Origin: the human T2T-CHM13v2.0 reference genome, Homo sapiens
Assembly (NCBI RefSeq): GCF_009914755.1
Contig: NC_060933.1
Strand: one strand, 5' to 3'
DNA: 64,000 bases
Shown here: piece by piece, positions 15,201 through 30,000 of the stretch
How the letters are laid out: each line of letters opens with the position of its first letter
How positions within the stretch are numbered: position 1 is the first letter of the stretch
Notes under the pieces: generated by a model
What the model saw: only the letters and a program-made list of their open reading frames with translations
Told to the model about the DNA's origin: nothing
Databases searched by the model: none
Position numbers and translations under genes: made by a program

Positions 15201-18200
15201 AATGCAATGGAATGGAATCTTCCGGAATGGAATGGAATGGAATGGAATGGAATGGAATCAACCCGAGTGCAATGGAATGGAGTGGAATGGAATGGAATGG
15301 AATGGAACAACCCGAATGGAATGGAATGTAATGGAGAGTAAGGTAGTTGAAAACAATCAATCCGAATGTAATGGAATGGAATGGAACGGAACGGAATGGA
15401 ATGGAATGGAATGGAATGGAATGGAATGGAATGGAATGCAATGGAATGGAATCAACCCGAGTACAATGGAATGGAATGGAATGGAATGGAATGGTATGGA
15501 ATGCAATGGAATGCAATGAAATGGAATCTTCCTGAATGGAATGGAATGGAATGGAATGGAATGGAATGGAATGCAATGGATTCAACTCGATTGCAATGGA
15601 ATGGAATAGAATGGAATGGAATGGAATTGAATGGAATGGAATTAAACCGAATAGAATGGAATGGAATGGAATGGAACGGAACAGAACGGAACGGAACGGA
15701 ACGGAGTGGAATGGAATGGAATGGAATTGTATGGAATGGAATGGAATGGTACGGAATAGAATGGAATGGAAAGAATTGGAATGGAATGGAATGGAATGGA
15801 ATGGAATGGAATGGAATGGAATGGAATGGAACGGAACGGAACGGAATGGAATGGAATGGAATGGAATGGAATGGAATGGAATCAACCCGAGTGCAATGGA
15901 ATGGAGAGGAATGGAATGGAATGGAATGGAAACTACCCGAATGGAATGGAATGGAATGGAGTGTAAGGGAATTGAATAGAATCAATCCGAATGGAATGGA
16001 ATGGAATGGAACGGAATGTAATGGAATGGAATGGAATGGAATCAACCCGAGTGCAGGGGAATGGAATGGAATGGAATGCAATGGAATGGAATCATCCGGA
16101 ATGGAATGGAATGGAATGCAATGGAATGGAATGGAATGGAATCAACCCGAGTGCAATGGAATGCAGTGAAATGGAATGGAATGGAATGGAGACAACCAGA
16201 ATGGATTGGAATATAATGGAGTGTAAGGGAATTGAATAGAATCAATCTGAATGTAATGAAATGGAATGGAACGGAATGGAATGGAATGGAATGGAATGGA
16301 ATGAAATGGAATGGAATGCAATGGAATGGAATCAACCCGAGTGCAATCGAATGGAATCGAATGGAATGGAATGCAATGGAATGGATTCAACTTGAATGGA
16401 ATGGAAAGAATGGAATCAACACGAGTGGAATGGCATGGAATGGAATGGAATGGAATGGAATCAACCCGAGTACAGGGGAATGGAATGTAATGGAATGCAA
16501 TGGAATGGAATCATCCGTAAAGGAATGGAAAGGAATGGAATGGAATGGAATGGAATGGAATGGAATGGAATGGAATGGAATGGAATCAACTCGATTGCAA
16601 TCGAATGGAATGGAATGGAATTAACCCGAATAGAATGGAATGGAATGGAATGGAACGGAACGTAATGGAATGGAATGGAATGGAATGGAATGGAAAGGAA
16701 AGGAAGGGAATGGAATGGAATAGAATGGAATGGAATGGAATCAACGCGAGTGCAGGGGAATGGAACGGAATGGAATGCAATGGAATGGAATCTTCCGGAA
16801 TGGATCGGAATGGAATGGAATGGAATGGAATGGAATGGAATGGAATATACCCGAGTGCAATGGAATGGAGTGGAATGAAATGGAATGGAATGGAACAACC
16901 CGAATGGAATGCAATGTAATGGAGAGTAAGGGAGTTGAATAGAATCAATCCGAATGTAATGGAATGGAATGGAACGGAATGGAATTGAATGGAATGGAAT
17001 GGAATGCAATGGAATGGAATCAACCCGAGTTCAATGGAATTGAGAGGAATGGAATGGAATGGAATGGAAACTACCCGAATGGAATGGAATGTAATGGAGT
17101 GTAAGGGAATTGAATAGAATCAATCCGAATGTAATGGAATGGAATGGAACGGAATGGAATGCAATGGAATGGAATGGAAAGGAATGGAATGGAATGGAAT
17201 GGAATGGATTGGAATGGAATGGAATGCAATGGAATGGAATCAACCCGAGTGCAATCGAATGGAATCGAATAGAATGGAATGCAATGGAATGGATTCAACT
17301 TGAATGGAATGGAAAGAATGGAATCAACACCAGTGCAATGGCATGGATTGGAATGGAATGGAATGGAATCAACCCGAGTACAGGGGAATGGAATGGAATG
17401 GAATGCAATGGAATGGAATCATCCGTAATGGAATGGAAAGGAATGGAATGGAATGGAATGGAATGGAATGGAATGGAATCAACTCGATTGCAATCGAATG
17501 GAATGGAATGGAATTAACCGAATTGAATGGAATGGAATGGAATGGAATGGAACGGAATGGAATGGAATGGAATGGAATGGAATGGAATGGAACGGAAAGG
17601 AAAGGAATGGAATGGAATAGAATGGAATGGAATGGAATCAACGCGAGTGCAGGGGAATGGAATGGAATGGAATGCAATGGAATGGAATCTTCCGGAATTG
17701 AATGGAATGGAATGCAATGGAATGGAATGGAGTGGAATCAACTCGATTGCAATCGAATGGAATGGAATGGAATGGAATGGAATGGAACAACCCGAATGGA
17801 ATGGAATGTAATGGAGAGTAAGGGAGTTGAATAGACTCAATCCGAATGTAATGGAATGGAATGGAACTGAATGGAATTGAATGGAATGGAATGGAATGCA
17901 ATGGAATGGAATCAACCCGAGTGCAATGAAATGGAGAGGAATGGAATGGAATGGAATGGAAACTACCCGAATGGAATGGAATGTAATGGAGTGTAAGGGA
18001 ATTGAATAGAATCAATCCGAATGTAATGGAATGGAATGGAACGGAATGGAATGGAATGGAATGGAAGGCAATGGAATGGAATCAACCCGAGTGCAATCGA
18101 ATGGAATCGAATGGAATGGAATACAATGGAATGGATTCAACTTGAATGGAATGGAAAGAATGGAATCAACACGAGTGGAATGGCATGGATTGGAATGGAA

Positions 18201-20395
18201 TGGAATGGAATCAACGCGAGTACAGGGGAATGGAATGGAATGGAATGCAATGCAATGGAATCATCCGTAATGTAATGGAAAGGAATGGAATGGAATGGAA
18301 TGGAATCAACTCGATTGCAATCGAATGGAATGGAATGGAATTAACCCGAATAGAATGGAATGGAATGGAATGGAACGGAACGGAATGGAATGTAATGGAA
18401 TGGAATGGAATGGAACGGAACGGAATGGAATGGAATGGAATGGAATGGAATGGAATCAACGCGAGTGCAGGGGAATAGAATGGAATGGAATGCAATGGAA
18501 TGGAATCTTCCGGAATGAAATGGAATGGAATGGAATGGAATGGAATGGAATGGAATGGAATGGAATGGAATCAACTCGATTGCAATCGAATGGAATGGAA
18601 TGGAATTAACCCGAATAGAATGGAATGGAATGGAATGGAACGGAACGGAACGTAATGGAATGGAATGGAATGGAATGGAACGGAACGGAATGGAATGGAA
18701 TGGAATGGAAAGAAATGGAATGGAATCAACGCGAGTGCAGGAGAATGGAATGGAATGGAATGCAATGGAATGGAATCTTCCGGAATGGAATGGAATGGAA
18801 TGGAATGCAATGAAATGCAATGGGTTCAACTCGATTGCAATGGAATGGAATAGAATGGAATGGAATGGAATGGAATGGAATTAATTCGAATAGAATGGAA
18901 TGGAATGGAATGGAACGGAATGGAACAGAATGGAATGGAATGGAATGGAATGGTATGGAATTGAATGGAATGGTACGGAATAGAATGGAATGGAACGAAT
19001 TGTAATGCAATGGAATTGAATGGAATGGAATGGAATGGAATGGAATCAACGCGAGTGCAGGGGAATGTAATGGAACGGAATGCAATGGAATGGAATCATC
19101 CGCAATGGAATGGAATGGAATGGAATGGAATGGAATCAACCCGAGTGCAATGGAATGGAGTGGAATGGAATGGAATGGAATCAACCCGAGTGCAATGGAA
19201 TGGAAAGGAATGGAATGGAATGGAAGGGAATGGAATGGAATGGAATGATACGGAATAGAATGGAATGGAACGAAATGGAATGGAATGGAATGGAATGGAA
19301 TGGAATGGTACGGAATAGAACGCAATGGAACGAAGTGGAATGGAATGGAATGGAATGGAATGGAATGGAATGGAATGGTACGGAATAGAACGGAATGGAA
19401 CGAACTGGAATGGAATGGAATCGTTCCGAGTGGAATAGGAGGGAATGTATTCGAGTGGAATGGAAAGGAATGGAATCAACCAGAGTGGAATGGAAGGGAA
19501 TGGAATGGAATGGAAACTAATAGAATGGAAACAACCCAAGAGGAATGGAATGGAAAGGAATGGAATGGAATGGAATGGAATGGAATCAACTCGATTGTAA
19601 TGGAATGGAATGGAATGGAATGGAATGGAATGGAATTAACCCGAATACAATGCAATGGAATGGAATGGAATGGAATGGAATGCAATGGAATGGAATCATC
19701 CGGAATGGAATGGAATGGAATGGAATGCAAAGCAATGGAATCAACTCGATTGCAATGGAATGGAATGGAATGGAAAGGAATACATTGGAATCAACCCGAG
19801 TGTAATGGAATGGAAAGGACTGGAATGGAGTGGAATGGAATGGAATGCAATGGAATGGAATCATCCGTAATGGAATGGAAAGGAATGGAATGGAATGGAA
19901 TGGAATGGAATGGAATGGAATCAACTCGATTGCAATCGAATGGAATGGAATGGAATTAACCCGAATAGAATGGAATGGAATGGAATGGAACGGAACGGAA
20001 CGCAATGGAATGCATTGGAATGGAATGGAATGGAATGGAATGGAACGGAAAGGAATGGAATGGAATGGAATGGAATGGAATGGAATGGAATCAACGCGAG
20101 TGCAGGGGAATGGAATGGAATGGAATGCAATGGAATGGAATCTTCCGGAATGGAATGGAATGGAATGGAATGGAATGGAATAAACCCGAGTGCAATGGAA
20201 TGGAGTGGAATGGAATGGAATGGAATGGAACAACCCGAATGGAATGGAATGTAATGTAGAGTAAGGGAGTTGAATACAATCAATCAGAATGTAATGGAAT
20301 GGAATGGAACGGAATGGAATGGAATGGAATGCAATGGAATGGAATGGAATGCAATCAACCCGAGTGCAATGGAATGGAGTGAAATGGAATGGAAT

Positions 20396-23300
20396 GCAAT
20401 GGAATGGATTCAACTTGAATGGAAAGGAAAGAATGGAATCAACACGAGTGGAATGGCATGGATTGGAATGGAATGGAATGGAATCAACACGAGTACAGGG
20501 GAATGGAATGGAATGGAATGCAATGGAATGGAATCATCAGTAATGGAATGGAAAGGAATGGAAAGGACTGGAATGGAATGGAATGGAATGGAATGGAATC
20601 AACTCGATTGCAATCGAATGGAATGGAATGGAATTAACCCGAATAGAATGGAATGGAATGGAACGGAACGGAATGGAATGGAATGGAATGGAATGGAACG
20701 GAAAGGAATGGAATGGAATGGAATGGAATGGAATGGAATGGAATCAACGCGAGTGCAGGGGAATGGAATGGAATCGAATGGAATGGAAAGGAATGGAATG
20801 GAATCAACCCGAGTGCAGGGGAATGTAATGGAACGGAATGCAATGGAATGGAATCATCCGGAATGGAATGGAATGGAATGGAATGGAATCAACCCGAGTC
20901 AATGGAATGGAGTGGAATGGAATGGAATGGAATGGCACAACCCGAATGGAATGTAATGTAATGGAGAGTAAGGGAGTTGAAAAGAATCAATCCGAAAGAA
21001 ATGGAATGGAATGGAAGGGAATGGAATGAAATGGAATGGAATGGAATGGAATGCAATGCAATGGAATGGAATCAAACCGAATACAATGGAATGGAATGGA
21101 ATGGAATGGAATGGAATGGAATGGAATGGAATGGAATGGAATGGAATGGAATCTTCCGGAATGGAGTGGAATGGAATGGAATGGAATGGAATGGAATGGA
21201 ATGCAATGGATTCAACTCGATTACAATGGAATGGAATAGAATGGAATGGAATGGAATGGAATGGAATGGAATTAAACCGAATAGAATGGAATGGAATGGA
21301 ATGGAACGGAACAGAACGGAACGGAATGGAACGGAGTGGAATGGAATGGAATGGAATTGTATGGAATGGAATGGAATGGTACGGAATAGAATGGAATGGA
21401 AAGAATTGGAATGGAATGGAATCGAATGGAATGGAATGGAATGGAATGGAATCAACCCGAGTGCAGGGGAATGTAATGGAACGGAATGTAATGGAATGGA
21501 ATCATCCGGAATGGAATGGAATGGAATGGAATGGAATGGAATGGAATGGAATCAACCCAAGCGCAATGGAATGGAGTGGAATGGAATGGAATGGAATGGA
21601 ACAACCCGAATGGAATGGAATGTAATGGAGAGTAAGGGATTTGAATAGAATCAATCCGAATGTAATGGAATGGAACGGAATGGAATGGAATGGAATGGAA
21701 TGGAATGGAATGGAATGGAATGCAATGGAATGGAATCAACCCGAGTACAATGGAACGGAATGGAATGGAATATAATGGAATGGAATGGAATGGAATGGAA
21801 TCAACCCGAGTGCAATGGAATGGAGAGGAATGGAACGGAATGGAATGGAAACTACCCGAATGGAATGGAATGTAATGGAGTGTAAGGGAATTGAATAGAA
21901 TCAATCCGAATGGAATGGAATGGAATGGAACGGAATGTAATGGAATGGAATGGAATGGAATGGAATCAACCCGAGTGCAGGGGAATGGAATGGAATGGAA
22001 TGCAATGGAATGGAATCATCCGGAATGGAATGGAATTGAATGCAATGGAATGGAATGGAAAGGAATGGAATGCAATGGAATTAATCCGAACAGAATGGAA
22101 TGGAATGGAATGGAACGGAATGGAACGGAATGGAATGGAATGGAATGGTATGGAATGGAATGGAATGGTACGGAATAGAATGGAATGGAAAGAATTGTAA
22201 TGGAATGGAATTGAATGGAATGGAATGGAATGGAATGGAATCAACGCGAGTGCAGGGGAATGTAATGGAACGGAATGCAATGGAATGGAATCATCCGGAA
22301 TGGAATGGAATTGAATGGAATGGAATGGAATCAACCCGAGTGCAATGGAATGGAGTGGAATGGAATGGAATGGAATGGAACAACCCGAATGGAATGGAAT
22401 GTAATGGAGAGTAAGGGAGATGAAAAGAATCAATCCGAATGGAATGGAATGGAATGGAACGGAATGGAATGGAATGGAATGGAATGGAATGGAATGGAGT
22501 GGAATGGAATGGAATGGAATGGAATCGTTCCGAGTGGAATAGGAGGGAATGTTTTCGAGTGGAATGGTAAGGAATGGAATCAACCAGAGTGGAATGGAAG
22601 GGAATGGAATGGAATGGAAACTAATAGAATGGAATCAACCCGAGTGGAATGGAATGGAAAGGACTGGAATGGAATGGAATGGAATGGAATCAACTCGATT
22701 GTAATGGAATGGAATGGAATGGAATGGAATGGAATGGAATGGAATGGAATGGAATGGAATTAACCCGAATACAATGGAATGGAATGGAATGGAACGGAAT
22801 GGAGTGGAATGGAATGGAATCAACCTGAGTGCAGGGAAATGGAATGGAATGGAATGCAATGGAATGGAATCATCCGGAATGGAATGGAATGGAATGCAAT
22901 GGAATGGAATGGAATGGAATCAACCCGAGTGCAATGGAATGGAGTGAAATGGAATGGAATGGAATGGAAACAACCAGAATGGATTGGAATATAATGGAGT
23001 GTAAGGGAATTGAAAAGAATCAATCTGAATGTAATGAAATGGAATGGAACGGAATGGAATGGAATGGAATGAAATGGAATGCAATGGAATGGAATCAACC
23101 CGAGTGCAATCGAATGGAATCGAATGCAATGGGATGCAATGGAATGGATTCAACTTGAATGGAAAGGAAAGAATGGAATCAACACGAGTGGAATGGCATG
23201 GATTGGAATGGAATGGAATGGAATCAACCCGAGTACAGGGGAATGGAATGGAATGGAATGCAATGGAATGGAATCATCAGTAATGGAATGGAAAGGAATG

Positions 23301-26300
23301 GAAAGGACTGGAATGGAATGGAATGGAATGGAATGGAATGGAATCAACTCGATTGCAATCGAATGGAATGGAATGGAATTAACCCGAATAGAATGGAATG
23401 GAATGGAATGGAACGGAACGGAATGGAATGGAATGGAATGGAATGGAACGGAAAGGAATGGAATGGAATGGAATGGAATGGAATGGAATGGAATGGAATC
23501 AACGCGAGTGCAGGGGAATGGAATGGAATCGAATGGAATGGAAAGGAATGGAATGGAATCAACCCGAGTGCAGGGGAATGTAATGGAACGGAATGCAATG
23601 GAATGGAATCATCCGGAATGGAATGGAATGGAATGGAATGGAATCAACCCGAGTCAATGGAATGGAGTGGAATGGAATGGAATGGAATGGCACAACCCGA
23701 ATGGAATGGAATGTAATGGAGAGTAAGGGAGTTGAAAAGAAACAATCCGAATGAAATGGAATGGAATGGAAGGGAATGGAATGAAATGGAATGGAATGGA
23801 ATGGAATGCAATGCAATGGAATGGAATCAAACCGAATACAATGGAATGGAATGGAATGGAATGGAATGGAATGGAATGGAATGGAATGGAATGCAATGGA
23901 ATGGAATCTTCCGGAATGGAGTGGAATGGAATGGAATGGAATGGAATGGAATGGAATGCAATGGATTCAACTCGATTGCAATGGAATGGAATAGAATGGA
24001 ATGGAATGGAATGGAATGGAATGGAATTAAACCGAATAGAATGGAATGGAATGGAATGGAACGGAACAGAACGGAACGGAACGGAACGGAGTGGAATGGA
24101 ATGGAATGGAATTGTATGGAATGGAATGGAATGGTACGGAATAGAATGGAATGGAAAGAATTGGAATGGAATGGAATCGAATGGAATGGAATGGAATGGA
24201 ATGGAATCAACCCGAGTGCAGGGGAATGTAATGGAACGGAATGTAATGGAATGGAATCATCCGGAATGGAATGGAATGGAATGGAATGGAATGGAATGGA
24301 ATCAACCCAAGCGCAATGGAATGGAGTGGAATGGAATGGAATGGAATGGAACAACCCGAATGGAATGGAATGTAATGGAGAGTAAGGGATTTGAATAGAA
24401 TCAATCCAAATGTAATGGAATGGAACGGAATGGAATGGAATGGAATGGAATGGAATGGAATGGAATGGAATGGAATGCAATGGAATGGAATCAACCCGAG
24501 TACAATGGAACGGAATGGAATGGAATGTAATGGAATGGAATGGAATGGAATGGAATCAACCCGAGTGCAATGGAATGGAGAGGAATGGAACGGAATGGAA
24601 TGGAAACTACCCGAATGGAATGGAATGTAATGGAGTGTAAGGGAATTGAATAGAATCAATCCGAATGGAATGGAATGGAATGGAACGGAATGTAATGGAA
24701 TGGAATGGAATGGAATGGAATCAACCCGAGTGCAGGGGAATGGAATGGAATGGAATGCAATGGAATGGAATCATCCGGAATGGAATGGAATTGAAAGCAA
24801 TGGAATGGAATGGAAAGGAATGGAATGCAATGGAATTAATCCGAACAGAATGGAATGGAATGGAATGGAACGGAATGGAACGGAATGGAATGGAATGGAA
24901 TGGTATGGAATAGAATGGAACGGTACGGAATAGAATGGAGTGGAACGAATTGTAATGGAATGGAATTGAATGGAATGGAATGGAATGGAATGGAATCAAC
25001 GCGAGTGCAGGGGAATGTAATGGAACGGAATGCAATGGAATGGAATCATCCGGAATGGAATGGAATGGAATGGAATGGAATGGAATCAACCCGAGTGCAA
25101 TGGAATGGAGTGGAATGGAATGGAATGGAATGGAAAAACCCGAATGGAATGGAATGTAATGGAGAGTAAGGGAGATGAAAAGAATCAATCCGAATGGAAT
25201 GGAATGGAATGGAACGGAATGGAATGGAATGGAATGGAATGGAATGGAATGGAGTGGAATGGAATGGAATGGAATGGAATCGTTCCGAGTGAAATAGGAG
25301 GGAATGTTTTCGAGTGGAATGGTAAGGAATGGAATCAACCAGAGTGGAATGGAAGGGAATGGAATGGAATGGAAACTAATAGAATGGAATCAACCCGAGT
25401 GGAATGGAATGGAAAGGACTGGAATGGAATGGAATGGAATGGAATCAACTCGATTGTAATGGAACGGAATGGAATGGAATGGAATGGAATGGAATGGAAT
25501 GGAATGGAATTAACCCGAATACAATGGAATGGAATGGAATGGAACGGAATGGAGTGGAAGGGAATGGAATCAACCTGAGTGCAGGGGAATGAAATGGAAT
25601 GGAATGCAATGGAATGGAATCATCCGGAATGGAATGGAATGGAATGCAATGGAATGGAATGGAATGGAATCAACCCGAGTGCAATGGAATGGAGTGAAAT
25701 GGAATGGAATGGAATGGAAACAACCAGAATGGATTGGAATATAATGGAGTGTAAGGGAATTGAAAAGAATCAATCTGAATGTAATGAAATGGAATGGAAC
25801 GGAATGGAATGGAATGGAATGAAATGGAATGCAATGGAATGGAATCAACCCGAGTGCAATCGAATGGAATCGAATGCAATGGGATGCAATGGAATGGATT
25901 CAACTTGAAAGGAAAGGAAAGAATGGATTCAACACGAGTGGAATGGCATGGATTGGAATGGAATGGAATGGAATCAACCCGAGTACAGGGGAATAGAATG
26001 GAATGGAATGCAATGGAATGGAATCATCAGTAATGGAATGGAAACGAATGGAAAGGACTGGAATGGAATGGAATGGAATGGAATGGAATGGAATGGAATG
26101 GAATCAACTCGATTACAATCGAATGGAATGGAATGGAATTAACCCGAATAGAATGGAATGGAATGGAATGGAACGGAACGGAATGGAATGGAATGGAATG
26201 GAATGGAACGGAAAGGAATGGAATGGAATGGAATGGAATGGAATGGAATGGAATGGAATGGAATGGAATCAACGCGAGTGCAGGGGAATGGAATGGAATC

Positions 26301-26370
26301 GAATGGAATGGAAAGGAATGGAATGGAATCAACGCGAGTGCAGGGGAATGTAATGGAACGGAATGCAATG
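20396..26370 (+). repeat. Nested ~2.74-2.76-kb tandem repeat inside 11.16-kb copy 2
   Basis: Offsets 20419/23159 = 2,740; 21891/24646 = 2,755; 22779/25529 = 2,750. Carries the same diagnostic variants as 9245-15200. Confidence 0.88.
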
Positions 26371-27049
26371 GAATGGAATCTTCCGGAATGGAATGGAATG
26401 GAATGGAATCAACCCGAGTGCAATGGAATGGAGTGGAATGGAATGGAATGGAATGGAACAACCCGAATGGAATGGAATGTAATGGAGAGTAAGGTAGTTG
26501 AAAACAATCAATCCGAATGTAATGGAATGGAATGGAACGGAACGGAATGGAATGGAATGGAATGGAATGGAATGGAATGGAATGGAATGGAATGGAATGC
26601 AATGGAATGGAATCAACCCGAGTACAATGGAATGGAAGGGAATGGAATGGAATGGTATGGAATGCAATGGAATGCAATGAAATGGAATCTTCCTGAATGG
26701 AATGGAATGGAATGGAATGGAATGGAATGGAATGCAATGGATTCAACTCGATTGCAATGGAATGGAATAGAATGGAATGGAATGGAATTGAATGGAATGG
26801 AATTAAACCGAATAGAATGGAATGGAATGGAATGGAACGGAACAGAACGGAACGGAACGGAACGGAGTGGAATGGAATGGAATGGAATTGTATGGAATGG
26901 AATGGAATGGTACGGAATAGAATGGAATGGAAAGAATCGGAATGGAATGGAATGGAATGGAATGGAATGGAATGGAATGGAATGGAATGGAACGGAACGG
27001 AACGGAACGGAATGGAATGGAATGGAATGGAATGGAATGGAATGGAATG

Positions 27050-30000
27050 GAATCAACCCGAGTGCAATGGAATGGAGAGGAATGGAATGGAATGGAATGG
27101 AAACTACCCGAATGGAATGGAATGGAATGGAGTGTAAGGGAATTGAATAGAATCAATCCGAATGGAATGGAATGGAATGGAACGGAATGTAATGGAATGG
27201 AATGGAATGGAATCAACCCGAGTGCAGGGGAATGGAATGGAATGGAATGCAATGGAATGGAATCATCCGGAATGGAATGGAATGGAATGCAATGGAATGG
27301 AATGGAATGGAATCAACCCGAGTGCAATGGAATGCAGTGAAATGGAATGGAATGGAATGGAGACAACCAGAATGGATTGGAATATAATGGAGTGTAAGGG
27401 AATTGAATAGAATCAATCTGAATGTAATGAAATGGAATGGAACGGAATGGAATGGAATGGAATGGAATGGAATGAAATGGAATGGAATGCAATGGAATGG
27501 AATCAACCCGAGTGCAATCGAATGGAATCGAATGGAATGGAATGCAATGGAATGGATTCAACTTGAATGGAATGGAAAGAATGGAATCAACACGAGTGGA
27601 ATGGCATGGAATGGAATGGAATGGAATGGAATCAACCCGAGTACAGGGGAATGGAATGTAATGGAATGCAATGGAATGGAATCATCCGTAAAGGAATGGA
27701 AAGGAATGGAATGGAATGGAATGGAATGGAATGGAATGGAATGGAATCAACTCGATTGCAATCGAATGGAATGGAATGGAATTAACCCGAATAGAATGGA
27801 ATGGAATGGAATGGAACGGAACGTAATGGAATGGAATGGAATGGAATGGAATGGAAAGGAAAGGAAGGGAATGGAATGGAATAGAATGGAATGGAATGGA
27901 ATCAACGCGAGTGCAGGGGAATGGAATGGAATGGAATGCAATGGAATGGAATCTTCCGGAATGGAATGGAATGGAATGGAATGGAATGGAATGGAATCAA
28001 CCCGAGTGCAATGGAATGGAGTGGAATGGAATGGAATGGAATGGAACAACGCGAATGGAATGGAATGTAATGGAGAGTAAGGGAGTTGAAAAGAATCAAT
28101 CCGAATGTAATGGAATGGAATGGAACGGAATGGAATGGAATGGAATGGAATGGAATGCAATGGAATGGAATCAACCTGAGTACAATGGAATGGAATGGAA
28201 TGGAATGGAATGGAATGGAATGGAATGCAATGGAATGCAATGGAATGGAATCTTCCGGAATGGAATGGAATGGAATGGAATGGAATGGAATGCAATGGAT
28301 TCAACTCGATTGCAATGGAATGGAATAGAATGGAATGGAATGGAATGGAATGGAATGGAATTAAACCGAATAGAATGGAATGGAATGGAATGGAACGGAA
28401 CAGAACGGAACGGAACGGAACGGAGTGGAATGGAAAGGAATGGAATTGTATGGAATGGAATGGAATGGTACGGAATAGAATGGAATGGAAAGAATTGGAA
28501 TGGAATGGAATCGTATGGAATGGAATGGAATGGAATGGAATCAACCCGAGTGCAGGGGAATGTAATGGAACGGAATGCAATGGAATGGAATCATCCGGAA
28601 TGGAATGGAATGGAATGGAATGGAATGGAATGGAATGGAATGGAATCAACCCGAGCGCAATGGAATGGAGTGGAATGGAATGGAATGCAATGGAACAACC
28701 CGAATGGAATGGAATGTAATGGAGACTAAGGGAGTTGAATAGAAACAATCCGAATGTAATGGAATCGAACGGAATGGAATGGAATGGAATGGAATGGAAT
28801 GGAATGGAATGGAATGGAAGGGAATGCAATGGAATGGAATCAACCCGAGTACAATGGAACGGAATGGAATGGAATGGAATGGAATGGAATGGAATGGAAT
28901 GGAATCAACCCGAATGCAATGGAATGGAGAGGAATGGAATGGAATGGAATGGAAACTACCCGAATGGAATGGAATGGAATGGAATGTAAGGGAATTGAAT
29001 AGAATCAATCCGAATGGAATGGAATGGAATGGAACGGAATGTAATGGAATGGAATGGAATGGAATCAACCAGAGTGCAGGGGATTGGAATGGAATGGAAT
29101 GCAATGGAATGGAATCATCCAGAATGGAATGGAATGGAATGCAATGGAATGGAATGGAATGGAATCAACCCGAGTGCAATGGAATGGAGTGAAATGGAAT
29201 GGAATGGAATGGAGACAACCAGAATGGATTGGAATATAATGGAGTGTAAGGGAATTGAATAGAATCAATCTGAATGTAATGAAATGGAATGGAACGGAAT
29301 GGAATGGAATGTAATGGAATGGAATGGAATGCAATGGAATGGAATCAACCCGAGTGCAATCGAATGGAATCGAATGGAATGGAATGCAATGGAATGGATT
29401 CAACTTGAATGGAATGGAAAGAATGGAGTCAACACGAGTGGAATGGCATGGATTGGAATGGAATGGAATGGAATCAACCCGAGTATAGGGGAATGGAATG
29501 GTATGGAATGCAATGGAATGGAATCATCCGTAATGGAATGGAAAGGAATGGAATGGAATGGAATGGAATGGAATGGAATGGAATCAACTCGATTGCAATC
29601 GAATGGAATGGAATGGAATTAAACCGAATAGAATGGAATGGAATGGAATGGAATGGAACGCAACGGAATGGAATGGAATGGAATGGAATGGAATGGAGTG
29701 GAATGGAACGGAACGGAATGGAATGGAATGGAATGGAATGGAATGGAATGGAATCAACGCGAGTGCAGGGGAATGGAATGGAATGGAATGCAATGGAATG
29801 GAATCTTCCGGAATGGAATGGAATGGAATGGAATGGAATGGAATGAAATGCAATGGATTCAACTCGATTGCAATGGAATGGAATAGAATGGAATGGAATG
29901 GAATGGAATGGAATTAATTCGAATAGAATGGAATGGAATGGAATGCAACGGAATGGAACCCAATGGAATGGAATGGAATGGAATGGAATGGAATGGTATG

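Larger units (their letters stand above)
5586..27902 (+). repeat. Tandem duplication of an ~11.16-kb unit (copy 1 ~5586-16741, copy 2 ~16742-27902)
   Basis: Offsets of 11,141-11,171 throughout: 5920/17071, 6467/17638, 7649/18820, 9119/20270, 10750/21891, 12581/23732, 14509/25670, 15991/27162. Private variants TGGATCGGAAT, AATATACCCG, TAGACTCAATCC, CAACACCAGTGC and GGAACTGAAT occur only in these two copies. Confidence 0.93.
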
